Below are positions 9,054 through 18,822 of a stretch of 64,000 bases of DNA, in pieces. The stretch is from Chloroflexota bacterium. GTDB lineage: Bacteria; Chloroflexota; UBA11872; VXOZ01. The stretch lies in contig OZ244922.1 in the NCBI GenBank assembly GCA_965221905.1, forward strand, positions 1,152,001 to 1,216,000, in the 5' to 3' direction. A program made the translations under genes and the position numbers. Under the pieces are notes generated by a model. It did not search any database. It was not told the DNA's origin and was given only the letters and a program-made list of their open reading frames with translations. Positions within the stretch are counted from its first letter, which is position 1, and the number at the start of each line of letters is the position of its first letter.

Positions 9054-10646
9054 CTACGCATGGCTTTGGCGTCTGGGCAGCCGGTTGTCGGTGCGGATGA
9101 GTTCTTCCATGAGGCGCACCTTTAGGTCGCGTTTCAGGCCTTGGGCGGCGGGATCGTGCCAAAGGTTGTGGATCTGTCCGGGGTCTTGTTCCCTGTCGAA
9201 TAGCTCGCCGTACTCCTGCTCGCCGTCATCGCCAACGTACACGGTGAGTTGGTGGGTATCGGTGACGAGGGTGCGCAGGCGCAGCCCGATGTAGTCCTCG
9301 TCGTTCTCGATGATGATAGCGTCCTGTACGGAATCCGCCGCGCCGGTGAGCAGGGGCGTGAGCAACCGACCCGGCCATGACGCCATCTGCCGCTCAGCTT
9401 CCGGCTGCGGCACGCCCTGCATGAACGGCGGCCCGTACTCCGGCGCCGGTACGCCCGCCAAGTCGAGCAGCGTGGGTGGGATGTCCAAGTGCGACACCAG
9501 GCTCTGGGAGACTTTGCCCGCTGGGAACCGCGCCGGCCAGCGCCAGATTGAGGGAATGTTGAGCATGCCGTCGAAATGGAACGGTCCTTTGTTCAAGAGC
9601 CAGTGGTCGCCTAGCAAATCGCCGTGGTCTGCAGTGAAGACGACGACCGTATTATCGGCGAGGCCCAGTTCGTCGAGCTCATCCAGGATTCGTCCCACTT
9701 GCTCGTCGATGAATGAGACCATGCCGTAGGTAATGGCAGTAATCTCGCGCATCTGCTCGTCCGGCATCTTCGTGGCGAACCGGCGACCGGAGGTCCACTG
9801 GTCGGTTTCATACATCAGGCGCATGTGGGGAGCCAGATCATCGAGCTCATTGTCGCGCCGGGTCGGCGTGGGGATCGAGGCCCGGTCATACATGGAGAAC
9901 CAGGGATCCGGCGCGGCATACGGGTGGTGCGGATCGGGAAACGAGGCCCACAACATGAACGGCTGCTCCTGATCGGCTGCATCTTTCATATAGGCAATCG
10001 AGCGGTCGGCGATCCAGGTGTTGTAGTGCAACTCGGGCGGCACGTTGATGCGGTAGGACTGTTCCGCGCCGCTCGCGGCGGGGGTAGAGGCTTCACGGTT
10101 CCAGAAGGGGAGCACATCCGGATGCTCGCGCTCGAGCCAGTGGTAGTGTTCGCCCGGTAAGCCGGCGCCATGGCCGATGGTCAACTCGGTGCTCTCGAAA
10201 CCGTAGTAGGGCGAAGGTAACTTTGCAATCTTGCGGTTGTGCCACATCCAGCGGGTTTCCGGGAAGTCGAGGGGGTCGAGTGTTTCCGGGTCAAGACCCA
10301 AGGGCTCGCCCGCCACACGCACGTGGATCTTACCAATACTGTGGGTTCGATAGCCGACATTGGAAAGGGTGCCGGTAACTGTGGGGAAGGCGGGATCGAG
10401 GTCGATTCCGTTAGTGCGCACGTTGTGTCCGCGCGGCGTCAGGCCTGTGAGCAGCGTGGAGCGCGAGGGCATGCAGAGCGGATTGTTGACATAAGCACGA
10501 GTCAGCAGCGCACCGCCGGCCGCCAGCTTATCGAGATTGGGCGTCTGCAGCGGCGTATCGTCGCGCCAGTCGCGCCACGCGCAGGTCATGCAGTCGCCGC
10601 GCATCTGGTCGGTAAGGATGATGAGGAAATTCGGTCGCTCGTTCAT
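9054..10646 (-). CDS. Sulfatase (formylglycine-dependent)
   Basis: RPNFLIILTDQ, CMPSR (CxPxR), GKIH, DPHHPY, ADHGD motifs; start set to MNERPN after AAGGAG. Confidence 0.92.
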   Translation of the reverse strand: MNERPNFLIILTDQMRGDCMTCAWRDWRDDTPLQTPNLDKLAAGGALLTRAYVNNPLCMPSRSTLLTGLTPRGHNVRTNGIDLDPAFPTVTGTLSNVGYRTHSIGKIHVRVAGEPLGLDPETLDPLDFPETRWMWHNRKIAKLPSPYYGFESTELTIGHGAGLPGEHYHWLEREHPDVLPFWNREASTPAASGAEQSYRINVPPELHYNTWIADRSIAYMKDAADQEQPFMLWASFPDPHHPYAAPDPWFSMYDRASIPTPTRRDNELDDLAPHMRLMYETDQWTSGRRFATKMPDEQMREITAITYGMVSFIDEQVGRILDELDELGLADNTVVVFTADHGDLLGDHWLLNKGPFHFDGMLNIPSIWRWPARFPAGKVSQSLVSHLDIPPTLLDLAGVPAPEYGPPFMQGVPQPEAERQMASWPGRLLTPLLTGAADSVQDAIIIENDEDYIGLRLRTLVTDTHQLTVYVGDDGEQEYGELFDREQDPGQIHNLWHDPAAQGLKRDLKVRLMEELIRTDNRLPRRQSHA

Positions 10647-10868
10647 GTGGTGCTCCTTCGTCTCTAACTTTGATGTCACGCGTGCCCCGTTCTGGATGCG
10701 ATGGGAGGCGGCATCCTTCAGGTTGACGCCAGGCCGTGAATATAAGAGTTTACTTAGTACAGAGTATACCCGCTGCGTGTCGGCCTCCGTCCGCATTGTT
10801 TTGAGGAAAGGAAAAAACTGCGTATGCGTTCTCGATCTCTTGGAAGAGGCCGCGTGACGACGGAGCTC

Positions 10869-10894
10869 TGGATTCCGGCTTTCACCAGAATGAC
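10869..10894 (-). repeat. GTC-tagged palindrome GTCATTCC(N)GGAATCCA (family D)
   Basis: Copies at 12317-12340, 12406-12431, 22244-22269, 25587-25612, 26231-26256, 27778-27803, 40615-40640, 54063-54088, 54965-55014. Confidence 0.9.
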
Positions 10895-10954
10895 GGGCCG
10901 TTCTCTGTCCCTAAGTCCAGCCTCACGTAGGGCAGCTAGCTAAATTGCGCGTCA

Positions 10955-10983
10955 TTGATGCTCATTCCAAGTAGGAATATAAT
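10955..10983 (+). promoter_or_regulatory. Sigma70-type promoter TTGATG-N17-TATAAT
   Basis: Near-consensus boxes with a 17-bp spacer, conserved in the duplicate at 12587-12615. Confidence 0.75.
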
Positions 10984-11079
10984 TGCCGTAATACACTTCT
11001 CGGCGTGGACTGGCAGCCAAAGACAGCCGCACCGCAATCTAGCTGCACCACGACCCAATGCAAGGAGCAAATTTCCCCC

Positions 11080-12120
11080 ATGAGTACCGAGCGTCGGGCC
11101 AGACTTGCCTTCATCGGTTGTGGCTCCTTTGCTACTGCCTCGATATTTCCGCAGATTCCGCTGATTCCCGAGATCGATCTCGTCGCCGTCTGCGACATCG
11201 ATGAGGAGAAAGCGCAGCGCAACGCCCGCAACTTCGGCGCGCGACGCGTTTACACCGACATGGTAAAGATGCTTGATACGGAGGAACTTGATGGTGTGTT
11301 CACCATCGGACCGGCGCCGCAGCAGTACGAGCTAGCGCCGGTGGTGCTTAGTCGCGGTCTGCCGGTATACACCGAAAAGCCGTCTGCCAACACCTCGGCG
11401 GAAGCCAAGGAACTGGCCGAACTGGCCGAGGCCAACGGCACATGGGGACAGGTGGGATTCATGAAGCGGTTCGCCGATGTTTATCGGATTGCCAAGGAAG
11501 TTATCGCCCGTCCCGAATTTGGGGGTCTGCACGTGCTCAAGGTCAAGTTCGGGCAGGGGAAGTATCCGCAAATTTGGGGCATCGACTCCGCCAAACGGGC
11601 GTTTCTCATCGGCCAGTGCGTGCATATCTTCGACCTGGTGCGATTCTTTGGCGGCGACGTGCGCGCCGTGAATGCGCTTTACTACGAGGTGGGCCCGCAG
11701 AATTTCTCGTATCTCATCAACCTGGAGTTCGTGAACGGCACCGTGGGGCACATGGACATCAATACGCTTGATTCCAAGGTGGGGACCCGCGACATCATCG
11801 AGACGCTGGAACTCATCGGCATGGAGACCCACGTGGTCTGCGAAGACATGATGAAGGTCAAGTACCAGCCCCAAGAGGCGTGGTCGGCAGAGGCGCCGCG
11901 TCTCGGACGGTACAACTTCACCTTGGAGCCCTCGTGGACCGGCCTGGCGATCAGCAAGCGCAACTTCGGCTACACTGGCGAGGTGGAAAACTTCGCCCGC
12001 CGCTGCCTGGGCGAGGTGAGCACCGGCCCCGACCTCTGGGATAGCTACAAAGCGCTCACGTTCGGAGAAGCGGTCTACCAGAGCTCCCACGGCGGCGGCC
12101 GGGTGCTGGTGGAACAGTAG
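11080..12120 (+). CDS. Gfo/Idh/MocA family oxidoreductase, paralog 1
   Basis: FIGCG, EKP, GFMKRF, HIFD motifs; AAGGAG RBS. Confidence 0.9.
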   Translation: MSTERRARLAFIGCGSFATASIFPQIPLIPEIDLVAVCDIDEEKAQRNARNFGARRVYTDMVKMLDTEELDGVFTIGPAPQQYELAPVVLSRGLPVYTEKPSANTSAEAKELAELAEANGTWGQVGFMKRFADVYRIAKEVIARPEFGGLHVLKVKFGQGKYPQIWGIDSAKRAFLIGQCVHIFDLVRFFGGDVRAVNALYYEVGPQNFSYLINLEFVNGTVGHMDINTLDSKVGTRDIIETLELIGMETHVVCEDMMKVKYQPQEAWSAEAPRLGRYNFTLEPSWTGLAISKRNFGYTGEVENFARRCLGEVSTGPDLWDSYKALTFGEAVYQSSHGGGRVLVEQ

Positions 12121-12228
12121 GCGCCATCGCTCGACAAGGTGTTTTCCCGCGCAGGTGAATTCCTGGCATTGCAGAATCTGGATGGTTTCACTGTGCACTG
12201 AGCAAGCCGGCCTAGGATCGCGCAAGAG

Positions 12229-12252
12229 GCGGGGGACAAGCCCCCGCGCTAC
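12229..12252. repeat. GTAG-tagged hairpin GCGGGGGACAAGCCCCCGCGCTAC (family E)
   Basis: Identical at 13862-13885 and 41991-42014; inverted near-identical copy at 61512-61535. Confidence 0.9.
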
Positions 12253-12501
12253 GGCAGGAAGTGCCGCACATTCCGTTATGCCCGCGATCTCTGTCCGTCA
12301 CTCGCGTCATCAATCCGTCATTCCCGCTCGCGCGGGAATTAATCTTCCCATTAGCGCAAGTAGCGCAAGTTTACGCACCCTTCTTGGCTAGAGCTTAGGA
12401 ATTCCTGGATTCCGGCTTGCACCGGAATTACGGGATGAGCGCATGAGTTAAGGAGCAGTCGGTGACACTTTAGACAAAGCAAGCCGAGGGCGATCGGAAA
12501 G

Positions 12502-12539
12502 CCCTCTACTGGGGGAGAGGGTTTGGGTGAGGGCGACTG
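12502..12539. repeat. CCCTCT..GGGAGAGGGTT(T/A)GGGTGAGGG repeat (family F)
   Basis: Near-identical at 15017-15054, related at 43540-43571, degenerate near 27700-27737. Confidence 0.8.
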
Positions 12540-12586
12540 ATCGCTAATGCTGCCATGCCCGGGCAAATAAAAGGGACAGCCCGGCA

Positions 12587-12615
12587 TTGATGCTCGCGCA
12601 GCCTGGGAATATAAT
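12587..12615 (+). promoter_or_regulatory. Sigma70-type promoter TTGATG-N17-TATAAT (duplicate)
   Basis: Same -35/-10 boxes as 10955-10983 with a partly diverged spacer. Confidence 0.75.
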
Positions 12616-12710
12616 TGCCGTAATACACTTCTCGGCGTGGACTGGTAGCCAAAGACAGCCGCACCGCAAACTGGCTGCACTACGCCACAACGCTAGGAGC
12701 AAATTTCCCC

Positions 12711-13751
12711 ATGAGTACTGAACGCCGAGCCAGACTTGCCTTCATCGGTTGTGGCTCATTTGCCACCGCCTCGATTTTTCCGCAGATCCCGCTCTTACCG
12801 GAGATAGATCTCGTTGCCGTGTGCGACATCGATGAGGAGAAAGCGCAGCGCAATGCCCGCAATTTTGGCGCGCGCCGCGTCTATACCGACATGAACAAAA
12901 TGCTCGATACCGAAGAGCTCGACGGCGTGTTCACCATCGGCCCGGCGCCGCAGCAATACCAACTCGCGCCGGTGGTGCTCAGTCGCGGCCTGCCGGTCTA
13001 CACGGAGAAGCCGTCGGCCAACACCTCTGCTGAGGCCAAGGAGCTGGCCGAATTAGCGGAGGCAAATAACACGTGGGGTCAGGTCGGTTTCATGAAGCGC
13101 TTTGCCGACGTGTACACCATCGCCAAGGAGATCGTGGCGCGGCCGGAGTTTGGCGGCCTGCACGTGCTCAAGGTGAAGTTCGGGCAGGGTAAGTACCCGC
13201 AGATTTGGGGCATCGATTCCGCCAAGCGGGCGTTCCTTATCGGCCAGTGCGTGCACATCTTCGATTTGGTGCGTTTCTTTGGCGGCGACGTGAGAGCCGT
13301 AAACGCGCTCTATTACGAGGTGGGCCCGCAAAATTTCTCCTACCTCATCAACCTGGAATTCACCAACGGTACCGTGGGACACATGGACATCAATACGCTC
13401 GATTCAAAGGTGGCGTTCCGCGACATCATCGAGACGCTGGAGCTTATTGGGTTTGAGAACCACGTGGTGTGCGAGGACATGATGAAGGTCACGTACCAGC
13501 CGCATGAGGAGTGGACGAACGAGACGCCGCGCTTTGGCCGCTACAATTACACGGTTGACCCCTCTTGGACCGGACTAGGGCGCAGCCAGATGAACTGGGG
13601 TTATACCGGCGAGGTGCGCAACTTCGCCCGCCGCTGCTTGGGGCTGGAGACCACCGGCCCCGACCTGTGGGACAGCTACAAGGCGCTCACGTTCGGCGAG
13701 GCGGTCTACAAGAGTTCCCACGGCGGCGGCCGGGTGCTGGTGGAGCAGTAG
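12711..13751 (+). CDS. Gfo/Idh/MocA family oxidoreductase, paralog 2
   Basis: Same length as 11080-12120 and highly similar to it. Confidence 0.9.
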   Translation: MSTERRARLAFIGCGSFATASIFPQIPLLPEIDLVAVCDIDEEKAQRNARNFGARRVYTDMNKMLDTEELDGVFTIGPAPQQYQLAPVVLSRGLPVYTEKPSANTSAEAKELAELAEANNTWGQVGFMKRFADVYTIAKEIVARPEFGGLHVLKVKFGQGKYPQIWGIDSAKRAFLIGQCVHIFDLVRFFGGDVRAVNALYYEVGPQNFSYLINLEFTNGTVGHMDINTLDSKVAFRDIIETLELIGFENHVVCEDMMKVTYQPHEEWTNETPRFGRYNYTVDPSWTGLGRSQMNWGYTGEVRNFARRCLGLETTGPDLWDSYKALTFGEAVYKSSHGGGRVLVEQ

Positions 13752-14068
13752 ACAATCGCTGCGCCACACAAAGAAATGTGCAATTCAGTTAGCGGGTATG
13801 TCCTATTGTCTGTTGGGCTTGCGGGAGCGCCCTGAGAGTGGAGGGCCTGGTTGCCCAACAGGCGGGGGACAAGCCCCCGCGCTACGATACTGTCTGCTGC
13901 AACATTGGAGGTCATGGAGTACGTGGTATGGCTATAGGTACCTGGTAGCGCAGGTTCGCACGGGTCGTGCGCGTAACCTGCGCCTGCCTGGCGGAAAAGA
14001 TTGTATAATAACCGGAGATGTGTTTGTCTTCGACGATTCTTGGCAAGACTTGAGAAGGAGAGAGCCTG

Positions 14069-14848
14069 ATGGCGACCGCGCAACTGGTGACACTGGCGCC
14101 GGAGCAGAAGCAGTTCTTCGATGATAACGGCTATCTGGTGATGGAGGGCTTGTATGACGCCGCTGAGATGGCGGTCATGCGGCGGGAGTTTCACGACCTG
14201 ATCACGAATACCGATGACCGTCCTGAAGTCCTGCGCTACAACTTCATGGAGCAGGTGGAGGGGTATCCCATCGACCCCTATAACCCCAAGAACGTGCAGG
14301 GCATCATGGACCAGCCGCTGGCGAGCGATTACTGGTTCAACAACGTCACCGATCCTCGCATTGTAAACGTCTTCATCGATCTTTTTGGCCCGGACATCGA
14401 CTTTCACAACGGCAAGGTGCGCAACAATCCGCCCGGGTTCACCAACACCCAAGGCTGGCACCAGGACTGGCCCTACGAGCGTCACAGTACGTCGGACTTG
14501 GCCGCGGCGATTATCTACCTGGACGCGAACGACGTTGACCAGGGTTCGACCACGGTCCTGCCCGGCAGCCACTTGATGGGCGAGTGGGAGACGTCACATG
14601 GTCATACGGTGGCCGACGAGAAGGTGGAAGGCTACGACCCGGTGCCGATGATTGCCAAACCCGGCGACGTGCTCTTCATCCACGTGATGGTGCTGCACAC
14701 GGCAGGCAACAATTTTTCCCACACGTCGCGCCATAAGATTATTAACGAATATAAGTCCAAAGCGGCTATCGACAGGCATGGCAACCGCTGCGCACTTGCC
14801 GGTCTGCCCGTGGCGCGCAACGGCAGGCCCTGCGTGCCGCAGCTCTAG
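14069..14848 (+). CDS. Phytanoyl-CoA dioxygenase (PhyH) family Fe(II)/2OG dioxygenase
   Basis: FDDNGYL, WHQD, PGSH, PGDVLF..H motifs. Confidence 0.9.
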   Translation: MATAQLVTLAPEQKQFFDDNGYLVMEGLYDAAEMAVMRREFHDLITNTDDRPEVLRYNFMEQVEGYPIDPYNPKNVQGIMDQPLASDYWFNNVTDPRIVNVFIDLFGPDIDFHNGKVRNNPPGFTNTQGWHQDWPYERHSTSDLAAAIIYLDANDVDQGSTTVLPGSHLMGEWETSHGHTVADEKVEGYDPVPMIAKPGDVLFIHVMVLHTAGNNFSHTSRHKIINEYKSKAAIDRHGNRCALAGLPVARNGRPCVPQL

Positions 14849-15108
14849 TATTGGGAGCCGCGCTACCCGGCAGGTAGTTCCGCGCCGGCTACTACTCGTT
14901 AATTGGAACTAAACTGAGTGCTACGCCTCGCTGGCACATAGCCAACGTTGCTGTGAAGGTTTGCTGCGAGTTTCAACATCGTAAACACTGGAATGACCGT
15001 GGGCTTGACCGAAAATCCCTCTCCCGGGGGAGAGGGTTTGGGTGAGGGCGACTGCCCATTGGACTCGCCCAGTCCTACCAACTCTGCTTAGTGACGCAAG
15101 GGCCTTTC

Positions 15109-17028
15109 ATGCCAAACAAACCGCCAACGCCGCGTCTCTTTGACAACACCTCCGATTGGTTCCCCATCAACCGCTCATGGCAATTCGAACCGCCGGCCGA
15201 TCTTCATGGGGCGATGTCGCCGCATGAGGTCGAAGCCGCCAGTGGACACACGTTCGTAGCCACGCTCATCTTGGGGCCGAAACTTACGCTGCCTACCGGC
15301 GCGCACATCACGCTGGAGGTACCGAGCACGTGGGAGTGTCACCTTGGGAACCCTTACCCGCGCGGTTTGAAGACCGTCGGCAGCCGCGAGCCCGGGCAGA
15401 TTCGCAAAGTAGGCTACGGGGCATTCACTGACGTGGAATGCTCGCGGCCTGACGTGATTCTAGCCCTTGCCGCATCTTGGGGACGGCACATGGACCTGGT
15501 GGACGTGGTGGTGCAGGAGGGAGAGCTCGAACCGGGAGACTCGGTGCGTATTATCCTGGGGCCGCCGGACGGCAATCTGGTGCAGGCGCAACGCTACGCG
15601 CAGGTGGCAATCTTCACGGTGGGCGTGGACCGCGAGGGCGATGGGACGTATCGCCGCGCCGCTGCGCACCCCACAGTGCGTGTGGTGGGCGCACACGCTG
15701 AACGCTTCAAGGTGTTCGCGCCTGCCGTCGTCCAACCCGGCGAGGATTTCTCGATTCGCGTGCTGCCGGTGGACGGTTACAGTTACAATGCGGCGACCGG
15801 TTATCGGGGAGAAGCGCAAACAATTGCCACTAATGGCCTTGACGTGCCGAACAGCGTGGCGCTTGACCAAGCGGCATCGCCCACGGGCGCTTCCATCTCC
15901 GCCCAAGCCACGCAAACAGGCATTCACCGCGTTACGGTAGTTGACCCCGCCACCGGCATCGCGGGCAAGAGCAACCCCATTGGCGCGGGGTTCTTTCCCG
16001 ACCGGTGCGTGTACTTTGGCGAGATGCACAGCCAGATGTGGCACAGCCAGGGGACCGGCACCACGGCAGAGTTCTTTCAGTGGGGGCGCGACGTGGCCGG
16101 TCTCGACTTCTGCGCACCGGCCAACCACTACAAGATGCGCTTCGAGATCGTCGACGACGTCTGGCAGGAAGTGGTGGATACCTCAAACGTTTTCAACGAT
16201 CCTCACCGGTTCGCCACGCTGGTAAGCCATGAGTGGGGCACGGGCAATCCCAACGGTCACAAGAACATCTACCACCGCGGCGATAGCGCCGAGTTCATTT
16301 GTTCGTTTGGCCCGGGCGGCATGACCCCGAATGAGCTTTGGGACATTTTACAAGGCCGTGATGCGCTGACCATTCCCCACCACACCAAGTTCGGCAACGT
16401 CACCAATTGGGAATACCGCAACGATACGCACCAGCGGTTGGTGGAGATTTGCTCAAGCTGGGGTATCTCTGAGACGGGCGGGCCGAAGAGTGTGCAGCGG
16501 GCGCTGGCTATGGGGCATCGCCTCGGCTTCATCGGCGGCACCGATTCTCATCACGGGTTGGCGAACCAGGGCAGCTTCTTCGTGGACGACGGCAACGGTC
16601 TTGCCTGCGTGATCGCACCCACTTTGACTCGTGATTCCATTTGGCAGGCTCTCTACAAGCGCCGGTGCTACGCCACCACCGGTGACCGCATTTTGTTGGA
16701 CTTCTCAATGAACAACGCGCCCATGGGTACCGACCTTGCGGTGGACTTGGCGGATTACGGCTCCCGCCATTTTGCCATGCGCGTCGCGGGCACTTACCGG
16801 ATTGACCGTATCGAATTGCTACGCAACAACGAGGTGGTTTTCAATACCTGTCCGAACAGCGACGTTTGGGAGGGCACATGGGCCGACGCCGAGCCCCTGG
16901 CGGCGCTTTCGCTCACGCCCACGTATTCGTACGACCGACCTTTTGTCTTTTACTACCTGCGGGTCACACAGGGAAACCGTCAGATGGCATGGGCAAGTCC
17001 GATCTGGCTGACTGGCCGGGAGAACTGA
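15109..17028 (+). CDS. DUF3604-like PHP-fold metallohydrolase
   Basis: FGEMHSQ, TIPHHT, VEICS.WG, GGTDSH, CYATTG, YYLRV.Q..AWASPIW. Confidence 0.8.
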   Translation: MPNKPPTPRLFDNTSDWFPINRSWQFEPPADLHGAMSPHEVEAASGHTFVATLILGPKLTLPTGAHITLEVPSTWECHLGNPYPRGLKTVGSREPGQIRKVGYGAFTDVECSRPDVILALAASWGRHMDLVDVVVQEGELEPGDSVRIILGPPDGNLVQAQRYAQVAIFTVGVDREGDGTYRRAAAHPTVRVVGAHAERFKVFAPAVVQPGEDFSIRVLPVDGYSYNAATGYRGEAQTIATNGLDVPNSVALDQAASPTGASISAQATQTGIHRVTVVDPATGIAGKSNPIGAGFFPDRCVYFGEMHSQMWHSQGTGTTAEFFQWGRDVAGLDFCAPANHYKMRFEIVDDVWQEVVDTSNVFNDPHRFATLVSHEWGTGNPNGHKNIYHRGDSAEFICSFGPGGMTPNELWDILQGRDALTIPHHTKFGNVTNWEYRNDTHQRLVEICSSWGISETGGPKSVQRALAMGHRLGFIGGTDSHHGLANQGSFFVDDGNGLACVIAPTLTRDSIWQALYKRRCYATTGDRILLDFSMNNAPMGTDLAVDLADYGSRHFAMRVAGTYRIDRIELLRNNEVVFNTCPNSDVWEGTWADAEPLAALSLTPTYSYDRPFVFYYLRVTQGNRQMAWASPIWLTGREN

Positions 17029-17119
17029 CTCCGCAGCCATAGCTGACGAAGCAGGCGGCATCGGTATATTCTGGAAGTAAGCGGCTTTCTCTAAACGGGA
17101 AATATCTTCCAGGAGAATC

Positions 17120-18724
17120 GTGTTGCGAGACCTGCGACCATTTAGCGGCAGTTCCCATTCCACGGTGATGCCTTGGCTTGGCCCAGGGATCGCACGGTGG
17201 GCGGCGGCATTCGTGCTGGCAGCCGTGAGCGCCCTATGGGTGCCGGTCGCGCCTATTCATGCTGCGGACGCCAGTCCCCAGGAGCAAGCGATCGCTCGCC
17301 TGAACGAATTGCGCGCGCACGCGCAATCGCCTCCCGTGCAGGTCGATTCTGCTCTGCAGCAGGCAGCGGAGGCGCACGCGGCATACTACGCGGTGAATGG
17401 GTTTACGGGGCACCAGCAGGATCCCTTGAAATCCGGCTTTACCGGCGCGACACCAGCCGACCGCATGCAAGCCGCCGGGTTTGCCGGAAAGTGTTCCGGC
17501 GAGTCCGCCTCCTCGATTGGTGATGATCCGGTCGCGGCAGTAGACGCCCTGGTGAATAGCGTTTATCATCGCACGGTCATGTTGCATCCGGCGTTGACTT
17601 TCGTGGGGTACGGGCAGAGCGCCGGCGGGAGCGTGTTCAACTTTGGCGGCTGTCTAGAGGGCGCGCAGGATGTTGATCGACTGTACATCTATCCCGGTGA
17701 AGGGCAAGCGGACGTACCGACCGGCTTCTTGCCGAAAACCGAGCAGCCGAACCCGCTGCCGGACAGCGCAGGCTTCGTTGGCAGTCCCATCAGCGTTGGC
17801 GTGTCGCCTTGGTTGGAAGAATCCCTTGCGATCACGAATGTGCAGATCGTCGATCAGGGCGGGGTAACCTTGCCATACCGCCGTGTTGACGACGGAAGCT
17901 GGGCCTACTTCATCACCGATCTTCCCTTGGGCGCCGGTCAGACATTCACGGTGAATATCACAGGAAATGCCGCGGAAAGTGAGGTAGGCGCCTTTGTCCG
18001 CACCTGGTCGTTCACGACCGAATCCGCTTACTTGCCGTATACAATCCGTCTGCGCTTTAGGGAAGGACCTCCGCGTCTGCTAACGGAATATGAAAACGAA
18101 GATTTTGCTTGCTACGGCCAGACCACAGGACAAACCCCCACGCTGGCTGATGCGGTGGTCACGTTGCCCTGTTACGACGTTGTGAATGACTCGGATTGGT
18201 ACGACGCAGTGCCGTTTCTCACCGAATTTCAACGGGTAGGAGGTGTCGGGGCGCTCGGCTATCCGCTCACTCGCGCCATAACCTTTGAAGGCAGGCCGAC
18301 GCAATTCTTTCAGAAGGGCATATTGCAATGGCAGCCGGCCGCCCAGTCCTTTACTTACCTCAACGTCTTCGACATTCTTAGCGAAAAGGGATTTGACCCG
18401 GTGCTCGCGGCCCAGCACCTCATTCCCCCGCCATTTGATACCTCAGTGGACGATGGGCTCAATTGGGACCAAGTGATGGCGCGGCACATTGCCATCATGG
18501 CTGAGGTACCCGCTATCGCCAGCCACGTCTTGGGAACGCCCAATTGGCTGGACCGCTACGGTCTGCCCATGAGCGTCCAGGACTACGGAGACGTGGTGGT
18601 TGTCCGAGCGCAGCGGGCGGCGTTTCAGTGGTGGCGGATCGATACGACCTTCGCCAAGGCAGGGGAGGTAACGGTCGTGAATAGTGGGGACATCGCCAAG
18701 GCGTTGGGGGCCTTTGTCCGATAG
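17120..18724 (+). CDS. Secreted CAP/SCP-domain protein with a C-terminal Chloroflexota-type surface domain
   Basis: Signal peptide; LNELRA, AAEAHA, SVYHRTVML CAP motifs; GG..LGYPLT..QFFQKG and YGLPMS repeats; start uncertain. Confidence 0.8.
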   Translation: MLRDLRPFSGSSHSTVMPWLGPGIARWAAAFVLAAVSALWVPVAPIHAADASPQEQAIARLNELRAHAQSPPVQVDSALQQAAEAHAAYYAVNGFTGHQQDPLKSGFTGATPADRMQAAGFAGKCSGESASSIGDDPVAAVDALVNSVYHRTVMLHPALTFVGYGQSAGGSVFNFGGCLEGAQDVDRLYIYPGEGQADVPTGFLPKTEQPNPLPDSAGFVGSPISVGVSPWLEESLAITNVQIVDQGGVTLPYRRVDDGSWAYFITDLPLGAGQTFTVNITGNAAESEVGAFVRTWSFTTESAYLPYTIRLRFREGPPRLLTEYENEDFACYGQTTGQTPTLADAVVTLPCYDVVNDSDWYDAVPFLTEFQRVGGVGALGYPLTRAITFEGRPTQFFQKGILQWQPAAQSFTYLNVFDILSEKGFDPVLAAQHLIPPPFDTSVDDGLNWDQVMARHIAIMAEVPAIASHVLGTPNWLDRYGLPMSVQDYGDVVVVRAQRAAFQWWRIDTTFAKAGEVTVVNSGDIAKALGAFVR

Positions 18725-18822
18725 ACTTGGCGCATGGGGCAGTTTGTAGCCGCTCATGCCCGTTAGGTACACTGAATGTAGAAACCCAAGCAGGGCCATG
18801 CAGCGAAATAAATGATTAACCC

